The translations under genes and the position numbers were made by a program. DNA of 63,892 nucleotides, filler included, from Nemertoderma westbladi (taxonomy: Eukaryota; Animalia; Xenacoelomorpha): the NCBI GenBank assembly GCA_032718475.1. It is 4 parts of 4 records of this genome, joined end to end, with 100 filler letters (N's around TTAATTAATTAA, not from the genome) between each part and the next. Parts side by side here need not be neighbours in the genome. Positions count along the whole stretch, not along the records: positions 20,270 to 28,815 come from JAUCBJ010001892.1; positions 28,916 to 57,853 come from JAUCBJ010000381.1; 2 more parts are not named here. One strand, given 5' to 3'. How positions within the stretch are numbered: position 1 is the first letter of the stretch; the number at the start of each line of letters is the position of its first letter. The notes under the pieces were generated by a model. The model saw only the letters and a program-made list of their open reading frames with translations. It was not told the DNA's origin and did no database searches. This document shows positions 22,839 to 34,984 of the stretch, piece by piece.

Positions 22839-23198
22839 CTGCGCGCCGCACCTTGTTGTTCAAGATGGAGTGGTGTGGCAAACTCACAGCGCTCCTTGTG
22901 CAAGACAGACCTTGGAGTAAAAAAGGGGATTTTAACACATAAATGATTTCATAACTGCACCGTCCTCAATCCCCAGAACACTGCGCCACTTGGTACGGGC
23001 CATTTTAAATAGTACTATTTAAGTACTTATATGTAATATTTATATGTAAATGGGTTAAAAAAACTATTTAAATACTTTGTTATAGTAATTTTAAAAACAA
23101 TGTATACTATTATTGTAGTAAATACATAATTATTATATAATATTGTAGTAAACTCATAATTAATTGAAACTATTGTAGTAAACTCATAATTGTTTTAG

Positions 23199-23321
23199 AT
23201 GTTGACGAGTGCTCCTCCACTGCCAACGAATGTGACATCAACGCAGATTGCAGCAACACTGAGGGCTCTTACGAGTGCGAGTGTAAGGAGGGTTTCACAG
23301 GCGATGGTAAATCTTGCGAAG
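23199..23321 (+). CDS. Internal exon encoding a calcium-binding EGF-like domain (phase 1-1, 123 nt)
   Basis: ttgttttag|AT GTT GAC GAG TGC ... TGC GAA G|gtgagt; translates (D)VDECSSTANECDINADCSNTEGSYECECKEGFTGDGKSCE, with six Cys and the cbEGF consensus. Confidence 0.93.
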
Positions 23322-24185
23322 GTGAGTTATTCATTAAAATAATGAAACATTCATCAATGATACTCAACCCACAGAATACTAAATCAATATACCTCCCCCA
23401 AATTACTTGGACAGGCACTGAAAAGTTGCCATTATTGGGAAGTAACTGAGAATGAATGGTTTAGACTGGCCTGGGCAACATATTAAAATATTAGTGAAAT
23501 ATTAAGTAGAATATTAGTGGCAAAATATTAGTATAATATCATTGTCATTGTGGCCGTGATGGTTTACGGTTAATATGCTATACATACACTACCCTTCCGG
23601 TTAAAGTGGTTAAAGATGGCAAAGTAAAGACTGTGTGTAGGGGTTGATCACAGTGGCATCAGGGTATTTGTAGATGGAATGAGGTGGTTAATTATTGCGG
23701 ACATACAAGGTATCAGATATGTTGTTATGAGATAAACAGATGTTGTAATTCTTAAATAGAATAAAATAGCCTCTGGCAGGCTAAAAACGCTCATATCTCA
23801 GCTATTTTTCAACGAAATTCATATTGTGTTAAATATTTGTAATCCTCGCGCGGCCTGCTTTCTATTGGTACCAACCTGTATCGTTAAGGTATCACGTTAG
23901 TAGTTTTGAGGTTATACACACACCCCCTAACAGCACATAATATATTAAATCATATATACCTTAGATTAACGTTAGACAACCTACAGCTATAAGTTAGAAG
24001 AATAACTGCGGTGTAACAGGTGCAATATCGATTGTGACACCTTATTCAAACGGTTGTAGCTAAAGATTGAAAACGGAAATATAAAACCCGACTCGCCCTT
24101 CGGGGGAGGGGAGGGGGGGGGGGGATATTTCTGATTAAAATTTCATGCAATCTCATTAATTTTCAAAATTTTCTTTTTTTGGAGG

Positions 24186-26200
24186 GGTGGGTACTCCGGA
24201 CTGGGGTGGTACTCCGGACCGGGTGGGTACTCCGGACCGGGTGTGTACTCCAGTCCACGTGGGTACACCGGACCGGGTGGGTACTCCGGACCGGGTGGGT
24301 ACTCTGGACCGGGTTGGTACTCCGGACCGGGTGGGTACTCCAGACCGGATGGGTACTCCGGATCTGGTGGGTACTCCGGACCGGGTGGGTACTCCGGACC
24401 GGGTGGGTACTCTGGACCGGGTTGGTACTCCGGACCGTGTGGGTACTCCAGACCGGATGGGTACTCCGGATCTGGTGGGTACTCCGGACCGGGTGGGTAC
24501 TCCGGACCGGGTGGGTACTCCGGACCGGGTGTGTACTCCAGTCCACGTGGGTACTCCGGACCGGGTGAGTACTCCAGACCGGATGGGTACTCCGGACCTG
24601 GTGGGTACTCCGAACCGGATGGGTACTCCGGACCGCGTGGGTACTCCGGACCTGGTGGGTATTCCAGACCGGGTGGGTACTCCGGACCGGGTGAGTACTC
24701 CAGACCGGATGGGTACTCCGGACCTGGTGGGTACTCCGAACCGGGTGGGTACTCCAGACCGGATGGGTACTCCGGATCTGGTGGGTACTCCGGACCGGGT
24801 GGGTACTCCGGACCGGGTGGGTACTCTGGACCGGGTTGGTACTCCGGACCGTGTGGGTACTCCAGACCGGATGGGTACTCCGGATCTGGTGGGTACTCCG
24901 GACCGGGTGGGTACTCCGGACCGGGTGGGTACTCCAGACCGGGTGTGTACTCCAGTCCACGTGGGTACTCCGGACCGGGTGAGTACTCCAGACCGGATGG
25001 GTACTCCGGACCTGGTGGGTACTCCGAACCGGATGGGTACTCCGGACCGCGTGGGTACTCCGGACCTGGTGGGTATTCCAGACCGGGTGGGTACTCCAGA
25101 CCTGGTGGGTACTCTGGACCGGGTGGGTACTCCGGACCGCGTGGGTACTCCGGATCTGGTGAGTACTCTAGACCGGGTGGGTACTCCGGACCGGGTGGGT
25201 ACTCCGAACCGGGTGGGTACTCCAGACCGGATGGGTACTCCGGACCTGGTGAGTACTCTAGACCGGGTGGGTATTCCAGACCGGGTGGGTACTCCAGACC
25301 GGATGGGTACTCCGGACCTGGTGAGTACTCTAGACCGGGTGGGTACTCCGGACCGGGTGGGTACTCCGAACCGGGTGGGTACTCCAGACCGGATGGGTAC
25401 TCCGGACCTGGTGAGTACTCTAGACCGGGTGGGTATTCCAGACCGGGTGGGTACTCCAGACCGGATGGGTACTCCGGACCTGGTGAGTACTCTAGACCGG
25501 GTGGGTATTCCAGACCGGGTGGGTACTCCAGACCGGATGGGTACTCCGGACCTGGTGAGTACTCTAGACCGGGTGGGTACTCCGGACCGGGTGGGTACTC
25601 CGAACCGGGTGGGTACTCCGGACTGGGTGGGTACTCCGAACCGGGTGGGTACTCCGGACCTGGTGAGTACTCTAGACCGGGTGGGTACTCCGGACCGGGT
25701 GGGTACTCCGAACCGGGTGGGTACTCCAGACCGGATGGGTACTCCGGACCTGGTGAGTACTCTAGACCGGGTGGGTATTCCAGACCGGGTGGGTACTCCA
25801 GACCGGATGGGTACTCCGGACCTGGTGAGTACTCTAGACCGGGTGGGTACTCCGGACCGGGTGGGTACTCCGAACCGGGTGGGTACTGCGGACTGGGTGG
25901 GTACTCCGAACCGGGTGGGTACTCCGGACCTGGTGAGTACTCTAGACCGGGTGGGTACTCCGGACCGGGTGGGTACTCCGAACCGGGTGGGTACTCCAGA
26001 CCGGATGGGTACTCCGGACCTGGTGAGTACTCTAGACCGGGTGGGTATTCCAGACCGGGTGGGTACTCCAGACCGAATGGGTACTCCGGACCTGGTGAGT
26101 ACTCTAGACCGGGTGGGTACTCCGGACCGGGTGGGTACTCCGAACCGGGTGGGTACTCCGGACTGGGTGGGTAATCCGGACCGTGTGGGTACTTCTGAAT
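24186..26200. repeat. 18-bp GC-rich satellite, ~110 copies, with higher-order variant blocks
   Basis: Unit GGGTACTCCGGACCGGGT. Confidence 0.97.
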
Positions 26201-26764
26201 AACGTCTACATTCCAGGACGTTGTGTAATGTATCCCACCATAGAATACAATCCCACTATTATTGTTGCAACGGTTGTTTATTTAAAAATACACAGCGACC
26301 ACCCTTAATACCTTTACTGGGTCAGTCGGAGCCCCTCCCCCTAATTTTTTTCAAATTTCAATCATATGCTGCGAAATTTGCTATGATAATAGTTCGACAA
26401 TTTTTTTTACTGATGGCAGAGCCGGATTTGTAAATTTATTAGCTATTTCGATAGAAAAAGCCCTTAATTAAAAACGACTTGTAGCAATAATTAACAATCT
26501 CAGTTGTCTTTTGATTATAATCCAGAGTGCACTAGAAGCGCCTTCATCTGCAGATTGCGAATCTAAAAACCGTTATAAATTCCACCAAAAATTGCCAAAG
26601 ATATTATCAAAATATTAAGAAAAATTTCTAGACGTAAATCGATATAATTCTAATGTTTTTTGTCTTTATTCTAGAATATGAATTATTATTTGTTTAGCAT
26701 TTAAAACTCTCCTTCTTCATTTAGCGCAATTAATATTCTATAATTCATTAAAAATACTTTCAAA

Positions 26765-28090
26765 TTATGGCGATTTACGATTCAACTTGGCAGGATTTCC
26801 TCGACTTCTGGAGCCAGTAGGTGGAGTTATCATCAACCCATCATCATTATGATGATCTAAGGACATGCGTAGAACATAGTCAACCACAATTATGAACAAG
26901 AATGGTGCAAGTGTGTCTCCTTGGAGGACGCCCCATAACACTTCAAAGGGTTCTGTGTCACCGTCAACAGTAGACACAAATGTTGTCGAACCATCGTATA
27001 CTGATCTGATTGCTGCAATAATTTCATCAGGAATCCCATATAATGAAAGTATGCTGAACATACATAAGCGAGCGACTGAATCAGAGGCCTTCAATAAGTC
27101 AACAAAGAAAACAGCCAGATGCCTGTCTTTCTTTTTTGATAATTCTTCAATTATCCTTCTAAGTGCCAAAATTGGCTCCATGGTCCCACGACCTTTACGG
27201 AACCCATTCTGATTTCCACGGAGCAGTCTCTCAATGGGATCCCTGATGCGATTTAATAGAATTCTATTGTATAGCTTGGCAGCAGTTCAGCAGTTAGGTT
27301 CCACCTTGGTGTAGTGGTTGCATTGAATTCACATCTCCCGTAGGTCGTGGGTTCGATCCTCACATGGGCCAGTGCAGCTTTCGTTTCGGCACGAATGCTT
27401 TAAAGGGACCAGCCAGGGCGCATCTCTGCCTTGCATCCTTAAGTGATAGCTAAATGAGTACTGGAGCTTCCTCTGGGCAGTAAAGTTCTGGGGGGACCAC
27501 ACTGGAAATAAGTCGTCAGACTTTGTGCGTAATCCCTGGCCTAGCGGCCGAAGAATATTTACTTTACTTTTACTTTAGCAATTGAGATCAATGAGATTCC
27601 CGAAAATAACAATAGAGTGTTGGTTGCCCTTCTTGGGAACTGGCACCAACTTATTTGTTTTCATTTCTTGTGGGACTCTTGTTGTTCGGTACATGTCTAC
27701 TATGATGGGATATATGAGCTTTAAACACTCAGGTATATTAAAGACCTCAGGGGGAACACCATCTACTCCACTGGTACAATTGGTCTTAATGCTCTTTGCA
27801 GCAGCCTTCACTTCTGCAAAGGAGATATCGCCAATGGGAATATCTGGGAGTACAGACTCAGACACTTTTACTTCTATAAAGTTATCAGGCAATACTCTGT
27901 CATTATTGAGGAGCTTTTCAAAGTGGGCTTTCCAACCATTGAGGCGATCGGCTGGTGATTCAGCCTTAACCTTGGTGGTTGGTTGGCTTTTCTGCCCAGC
28001 AAGCACGTTGATCGATCTCCATGCTTGGGATGATTGCCTGCTGTCATCAGCATCAATGATGGTGTACGCGCTTTTGAAGACCTTTAGCAG
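26765..28090 (-). mobile_element. Non-LTR retrotransposon (RTE-like LINE) reverse transcriptase fragment, interrupted by a SINE
   Basis: SGVDGVPPE, LVPVPKKG, GISLISIA|AKLYNRILLNRI..LRGNQNGFRKGRGT, FVDLLKASDSV and GVLQGDTLAPFLFIIVVD; truncated before the YADD motif. Confidence 0.92.
27297..27576 (+). mobile_element. tRNA-derived SINE (copy 2), inserted in LINE RT
   Basis: A box at 27307, B box at 27350, (TTTAC)n tail; flanked by AGCAGTT/AGCAATT, a probable TSD; splits the RT reading frame. Confidence 0.9.
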
Positions 28091-28713
28091 TTTAACCTGC
28101 CAAAATTTATATGTCTTTTGGTTTATAAATATACTTTAGAAGATGACAAATATTTAATACCAATAAACACAACATTAGCAGAAGCCAGCCTAGTGCGCGT
28201 CCATTCACCCGCTGGATAATCCCGGGAGACTGGATTCTGAGGGCTTAAATTATTATTGCAGTGAAGCTTACTGTATTGTATTATTCGATTGATCGTTAAT
28301 AATTAATTTCTGACTAATATTATTTACTTTCGGGAAATATTAACAGTTCCTTTAGGACGTGGCGCTCTATCTAAGTAAACCGAGATATGACTTACACTAA
28401 TCACAACGGTAAGTCGGTAAGGCTTAATATTCACGTATGAGGCGCATTCTTTAGGAAATGCTTAGTTATCAATCACAATCATGCACACTACCGGTAACAC
28501 ACAATACTGCTCACTAATTTGCCGACCGTCAATGAATTTTATCATATATAAAGGGAATAGCAACGGACCAATGTAGTGCTTATCAAATAGCATTAAATTC
28601 ACTACAAACCACAACAATATAAGTCGCAATCGATATATATAACCCGTCTCTCTAACCTGTAGTGTATCAAGAAAATTGGGAAATTTGGGTTCTTTATGAA
28701 AATTTGGGTTCTC

Positions 28714-28815
28714 ATGAAAACAAATAAGTTGGTGCCAGTTCCCAAGAAGGGCAACCAACACTCTATTGTTATTTTCGGGAATCTCATTGATCTCAATTGC
28801 TAAAGTAAAAGTAAA
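28714..28815 (-). repeat. Inverted 102-bp duplicate of 27563-27664 at contig end
   Basis: Reverse complement of the SINE-tail/LINE junction; runs into the gap. Confidence 0.9.
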
Positions 28816-28915
28816 NNNNNNNNNNNNNNNNNNNNNNNNNNNNNNNNNNNNNNNNNNNNTTAATTAATTAANNNNNNNNNNNNNNNNNNNNNNNNNNNNN
28901 NNNNNNNNNNNNNNN
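28816..28915. other. Assembly linker/gap
   Basis: N44 + TTAATTAATTAA + N44. Confidence 0.97.
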
Positions 28916-29749
28916 ATTGACTTGACATACTTGACTTGACAAAGTTGATTTAACTAAGATGTGCCAATAATGCTCCCACAGGAACCATCAGCTATTACAA
29001 AAAGCCCGATAATTGTCAATCATCTAAGTAATCTTCAGGATAACCAATTTCATAATATAATAGTCTATTTTTTTGGAGTCCAGCCAATGGCATTCTAGAA
29101 CGGTTTATGTAGCACAATGTAGCGACGTCATTAAGTACGCTGATTTGCCAACCCTGCGAGTTGGTAAATATTCGGATTCTAGGCCTGGGACGGTATTATG
29201 ATGGGGGGTGGTAGTGCTGCTGTCAAGTCTAGCATGTCAAGTCAAGTATATCAAAATAAATTAGAAATTAGAACCTTAACATTCCTACACCATTACTGAA
29301 TATAGTGTCTTTCTTTTAGTGTCGATATTATATTGCACCAGTTGCGCCGTTATTCTTCGTACTGTATTTATAGTGAATTCTGGGTTCCAAAGGAAAGGTA
29401 TAATGGAAGCGTGTCAGAAAACGCGGCTAAAAGCGCGGAAAAAACGCCTCAACGAAAATGGCCTTCTCAGTAGGCCTTGTGCAAATTATTATTTTTTTTC
29501 TACCTTTGGCGTTTTATGGACTTCAATTGACGAAATTGTTTCATAATGCGATTAAGTTGTGACAATGAAAAGATATATGCATAAATAATGGAATCAAGTG
29601 TATTCACAGTGTTGAAGTCAATGGCTTCTATGTCCAACTCAATTTATCGATTAAACTCAATGATATTGAATTTATTTTCCTTAAAGTTACCCACTCTTCT
29701 ACACATGTGTGTGAAAGTCAAATCCAAGCTAACATTAAAGCATAGAACA

Positions 29750-29879
29750 TCGCCGTGACCGTCACAAAGGTCGAACCCCCCTCCCCCTGTCACAAAATGT
29801 CACGCAAAAAAGACTGTCTACCCCCCCCCCCCCCCCCCCCCCCCCCCTAGTGCGTGACATACTTTATGAACGCCCCCCT
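29750..29879. mobile_element. MITE end (PIF/Harbinger-like terminus)
   Basis: GCGTGACATACTTTATGAACGCCCCC terminus with poly-C and GTCAC sub-repeats; lies between ~70-bp direct repeats at ~29520 and ~29894. Confidence 0.4.
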
Positions 29880-30029
29880 TGTCATTTTATCGACTTCAAT
29901 TGACGAAATAGTTCCATTATGCGATTAAGTTTTAACAATGAAAACATTTATGCATAAATATTGTAGCAGACATAGCCTGTTTAAGTGATCACATTACTTG
30001 AGGCACTTGACTTCTCTTGGCGGAAGAAA

Positions 30030-30445
30030 TTCAAGTCATGAATTTCAATTCAAGTATGTCAAGTCTGGTCAATTCAAGTACATATGTCGGGTCAATTATT
30101 TTGTCAAGTCAAGTCCTAGTTTGTCAAGTAAAGTGTATCAAGCGAAGTCTAGTATGCCAAGTCAAGCACATTTATATCAAGTGAAGTCAAGTATATCACG
30201 TCAGTTATGTCAGGCCAAGTCATGTCAAGTCAATAATTTCAAGTCAAGTAAAATATGTTAATTTGTCAAGTCAAGTAATGTACAGTATGTTACGTAAATA
30301 TGTCAACAGAAGTATATCAAATCAAATAGGCCTATATCTTTAAGTCAAGTGGAGTATGACAAATAAATTATGTCAAACCAAAAATCACAAGCCATGTCAA
30401 GTACCGATATGTCAAATCAAGTATGACAAGTCAAGTATGTCAAAT
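30030..30445. repeat. Degenerate (GTCAA)n array
   Basis: Repeated GTCAAGTCAAGT; the inverse (TTGAC)n occurs at 28916-28950. Confidence 0.75.
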
Positions 30446-30849
30446 GAAGATGGTAGAAATGAAATGATAGATGGGATTCAGTTGTTTCGGTCGCTCTCTC
30501 TATGTATAGATAGTAAACAGCAACACAGATTAGCGACGAACTTTATATGAAATACCAGTTGAAGACAGTTTTTACTTAGAAACCATGAAATGGAGACATA
30601 GCTTAATTCGCATTATTTTATAATGAAACAGTAAACGAAATTTTCATATCTATTTTAGTTTTGGAGTTATTTGATTTTTTGTAGACCTCACTTATTTTGA
30701 AATTAGTATAAATTTAAGTGGTCAATTTTTTGTAAGATAAGCTATTACTTTTTCAACATACTATAATTGTATTTGTCCTACAGGATAATTTTCGCTATGA
30801 GTTTTCCTGTTCAGTGATTTCATTTCAATTGTTACTTTCCACGGCTGAC

Positions 30850-31320
30850 GGATTCTAGACTGTCCATCAGTCTGTCTGTCTGTCTGTGTGTCGGTTTGTC
30901 TGTCAAAATTAGGGAAATATGATATGTAACAAAATATTTTGCTTGTGGGTGAAATGAAATCACTGACCAAGAAAACCCCATAATTATTTGTTAATTTGAT
31001 ATATTTCTCAATTTTGACAGACAAAAGACAAACAGGACAGACAGACCGACAGACAGACAGACGTAAAAACATTAAATAATCAATCAAACGTAAAAAAAAT
31101 AGCTACCGGAAATGAAATTACCGACCAAGAAAACCCCATAAATAGATATGTTTCTTAATTTGATTTATTTCTCAATTTTGACAGAAAGACAGACCGACAG
31201 ACAGATGTACAAACATTAAACAATAAATCAAACGTAAACATAGATATCAGAAATGAAATCACCAACCAAGAAAACCCCATATATAATTTTTTTTGTTAAT
31301 TTGATGTAGTTCTCAATTTC

Positions 31321-31358
<38 letters not shown>

Positions 31359-31700
31359 AAGTCTAGATTTCTTTAAACTGGAAAAGTGAAATTTTAACTG
31401 TAATTACCACCCAGTGACATTTTAAATGTTATCACCACCCAGAAAAACCTTATAACACAAATTTTGAACAGTTTGTGCACTTCTTAAATTTTAACAGACT
31501 GACAAACCAAAAACAGACAGACTGACTGACATGCAGACAATCGTCTAGAATCGATATATAGTGAAAACCGATATCGTATTATAAATCATCGGCAAATAAA
31601 AACCCAATAGCAAAAAAATTTAGGTGGTGGTGTTATATTTATTTATTTGTTACATTTTTGACAGAGAAACAGACAAGTATTCAGACAAACAGACAGAGTG
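30850..31700. repeat. (GACA)n-containing composite repeat with ~140-150-bp tandem units and an inverted first unit
   Basis: AAATGAAAT..ACCAAGAAAACCCCATA..TCTCAATTTTGACAG(ACAG)n occurs three times; (TGTC)n in inverse orientation at 30865-30905. Confidence 0.7.
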
Positions 31701-33448
31701 ACCTCCAATAAAAATACAAATTAAAATATTGTCGCCAAAGTTCCATACACTGATGTGTATCTGAATTCTGACGTATGTACCTAATGTTTTACAAGTCTGC
31801 TTTGAAATATCGTAAAAGTTTACATAATAATCCCCCAATTACAGAAAATTGGCGGGAACGTTTGAAACTCTCATAACTTTAAAGCCGTTTTTCTCAAAAC
31901 TTTGTTAATATTTGGTCATTAGACTACTAATTTTCAAAACTCAATATCTTTATCGGATTTGAAATCTGTTTTCAGTGTTCGATTCAGCATAAAAATGTGT
32001 ATTTGAATCAATAAAAAAACACAAAATTATTTTTTGTAACCGTAGGTCGGATTCTTGATCAAACCCCACATTTTTAGATAATTAGTCATTATTATCATAT
32101 GTAATAAATCACACAAGAATTTGCACCACAGGTTTCTTGGACGTATTTTTAACTTGTATATTTATTTTTTATACAACAGACGTGTTTCATCAGTACTAAT
32201 TACATAATTTGTTACATTATTCATTCTTGCTGTATATATTGCATATTATAATGGCGAATTAATGCTATTAACTTTTGACGCATTTGCAACTATATATATA
32301 TATATTTCATGTGTATGATAAAAAGGCATATATGTTACATACATATATCGCATCATTTTACTACAATTCAACATTATTTTGGTGATAGCATTAACTAATG
32401 TTTCCTTTATTAAATGAGAATAAAATATTTAAAACAAAAATAATATCTAAAAGTATTAGTTAGTTAGTTTATTTATGATGATCTTAATCTGATGATTGTA
32501 ATCTGAACACTGTATATTGTATAATTCATAGCCCCATAGTAAAAATAAATTGGCAAGATACCATCATATCAGTTCATTATTACCAGCATTAATTCAACAC
32601 AGTGGCGATCCACTTAGACTATTTACTCTATCTAATTGAAACTACCCATTTACAAGCGAGTTTATCAAAAGTGAAGCAGTTTAGCACAGAAAAAGCTATC
32701 TTCGTGGTGGATTAAGTAATTTTATGTTCATTGGTACTTTGCACTGGTTGAACAAAAAAATAGTGTGTGACATCTGACTTTAGACCAAAAATACACTGAG
32801 AGCGCCACTAAGGCGTAATCGTTACAAGTAGTCAATACGCCCAGATATCCATGATAACGCCCTTGTTACATTTCCCAAAATCGTTAAAACGCCGTTATAC
32901 ATAACCATTTATGTCGAATTCGCTACGTGTTACATCAATATATATATACGTATTTTTTTATTATGTATCTTTTAATGCTTCACTTTGTGAATTAAATATT
33001 AAATTGAATTATCAGATAAGTGATTATGGAAATTTATCCTAAGTAGGTCATTAATAAAATTATACATTCGACATCGGTGATTCGTTCTTAAGGAAACGGA
33101 AGAATGTGAGCGAAAGGTACGAAGTATGAACGTATTTAGCAAATAAGTTAAACAACCACAGGATTTACTTTTAATGTAAATAAACTTAAATATTATTTAT
33201 TATACAGTAAAGATTCTTACTGCTGTTCCCATTATCTCTTAAGCAACGGCTAACTGCGCCTTATATTGTGGGACGAGCCATCAGCCAACGGTTATAATTG
33301 TTCTGTGGTCGTTTTACAAATATGTGTTTATGTGTGCGTTGGAAGCCAATATAATTAACTACTAGCCATTATACAATACGTCCCCAGTATGTATTGAGGG
33401 GGGGGGGGGGGGGGGGGACTTACGACGCTATCAAACTATCTAGTTACT

Positions 33449-33653
33449 AATATTATGGGTTTGTTCAGAAGTGGAAAAAATGGGAGCGCGTCACCGGGGG
33501 TTGAACCAGCGCTATACGCACGTTTCGGCCTAACAGGCCTCATCAGTAGCGCTCGCCGGTGACGCGCTCCCATTTTTTCCACTTCTGAACAAACCCATAA
33601 TATTACACCTTTAATTACAATTGCAACAGTTCATCTCCAATTTATTTAATTAA
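33449..33653 (-). mobile_element. 205-bp Penelope-like/retrozyme-type insertion with 12-bp TSD and perfect 49-bp inverted repeat
   Basis: TSD TATCTAGTTACT at 33437-33448 and 33654-33665; 33449-33497 is the exact reverse complement of 33556-33604; encloses a hammerhead. Confidence 0.8.
33508..33553 (-). ncRNA. Minimal type I hammerhead ribozyme
   Basis: Minus strand AGCGCUA-CUGAUGA-GGCCU GUU AGGCC-GAA-ACGUGCGU-A-UAGCGCU: complete core, 7-bp stem I, 5-bp stem II, short self-complementary stem III, GUA cleavage triplet. Confidence 0.88.
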
Positions 33654-34501
33654 TATCTAGTTACTCCCAGTACTGTAACTTGTTCTATTGACATTAGTTT
33701 ATTGTTTTGGTTAGAATAACGTGCCATTGTAACCTGCTCCTTTCCCTTAATTGATAATTTAACATCGAGAACAAATATTCATTCGCCGAGACGGGATTCT
33801 CTTCAAGATCAAGACCAAGACCAAGATGGTCAAGTACTCCAAGATATACAATAATGATAAAAATATTGTTAGTGAAAACATATTGAGATATATATATATA
33901 TATATAGCATACTTTACCTGAAGTGGAGATAAAAAGCAGAGTTAGCAACACAAACAGAGTATTTAAATTGTCGGTGACATTGTGAAATGTATTTGTTTTA
34001 TGTTTTACATCTAAGATATTAAATTATTTTCTAATAAATTCACTAATGACACGTAATATATTGTCATTTTCTGATGACATGTGAAATTTCGTAAAAGACG
34101 CTTTTTTAAAACACATATATATAAAATTTACATGCAAATTCGAAAATTCCGGCTTCATGGTGACAACAACGGTGAGTTGAACTAGTTGTGTTTCAAATTG
34201 CAAGCAATACGATAAAGATTTGGTAGAAAACTTTGGGGGGGGGGGGTCCGTGTCATGAGAAAATGACACTATATTACGGGTCATGGTGTAATATAATAAA
34301 TATAATGGTCGTAATTAATTTACAGCTGAGCTACAATATGTAGAGAGTATGTAATTCATGATTATTATATTATTTTATCAATTATTTTCATTGAAAATAT
34401 TTCCGCAATCATTTCTTACAAAGCAACGTTATTGAATTTTTTCATATTTTTGTTTTACTTCGGAAACAAATCAATGTATATATATAACATATATATCTAA
34501 A

Positions 34502-34980
34502 TTCGGCATGCTGCCCTGCAACCGCATTAAGAATGTTATGCCGGCTTATCGACCACATTGCGTCGACCCTACACCATATCGCCAATGACTTTTGCGATAT
34601 TATCAGAGACAGTGTCCTCTAAGTCAGTGTCCTATAAGGCGTTTAAAGAGAGTCATGGTTGCCCACCATGTAGATTATCTCCATTAGGCCGCCAAAGCAA
34701 AGATCGTGCATGTACTGGTCATCAAAGAAGATATGTCCTGCAAAGCGGATGCGGCTAAAATTGTAATGCCGAGCTTGGGAAACTAAAGATACACCTTCAA
34801 TGGTGTGCAGGGACTGGTTTGAGATGAGTGCATAGTCCGGCTTAACTCCGGCTGTGTATGTGCCGTCCGGAGATTTGGTGTCTTCAGCCATTAGGGCCTA
34901 GCAATGACTCTCATATAGTAGTAATGAATTCTTTTACTTTTTTTTATTTTATTTATTTGCTTTCGAAATTGCTTTTGAGT
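34502..34980 (-). mobile_element. Decayed LINE ORF2 3' end
   Basis: LLYESHC*ALMAEDTKSPDGTYT...ISNQSLHTI...RIRFAGH; 3' end similar to 62911-62975. Confidence 0.8.
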
Positions 34981-34984
34981 TCTC

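Noticed and set aside
20214-22946. Long ORFs (up to 893 aa) in the 45-bp array
   Set aside because: The unit length is a multiple of 3, ORFs are open in several frames on both strands, and 1-bp indels switch frames. This is a satellite artefact.
32165-32200. Second hammerhead (minus strand CTGATGAAACACGTC)
   Set aside because: Stem II is missing and stem I is weak; at most a deleted relic.
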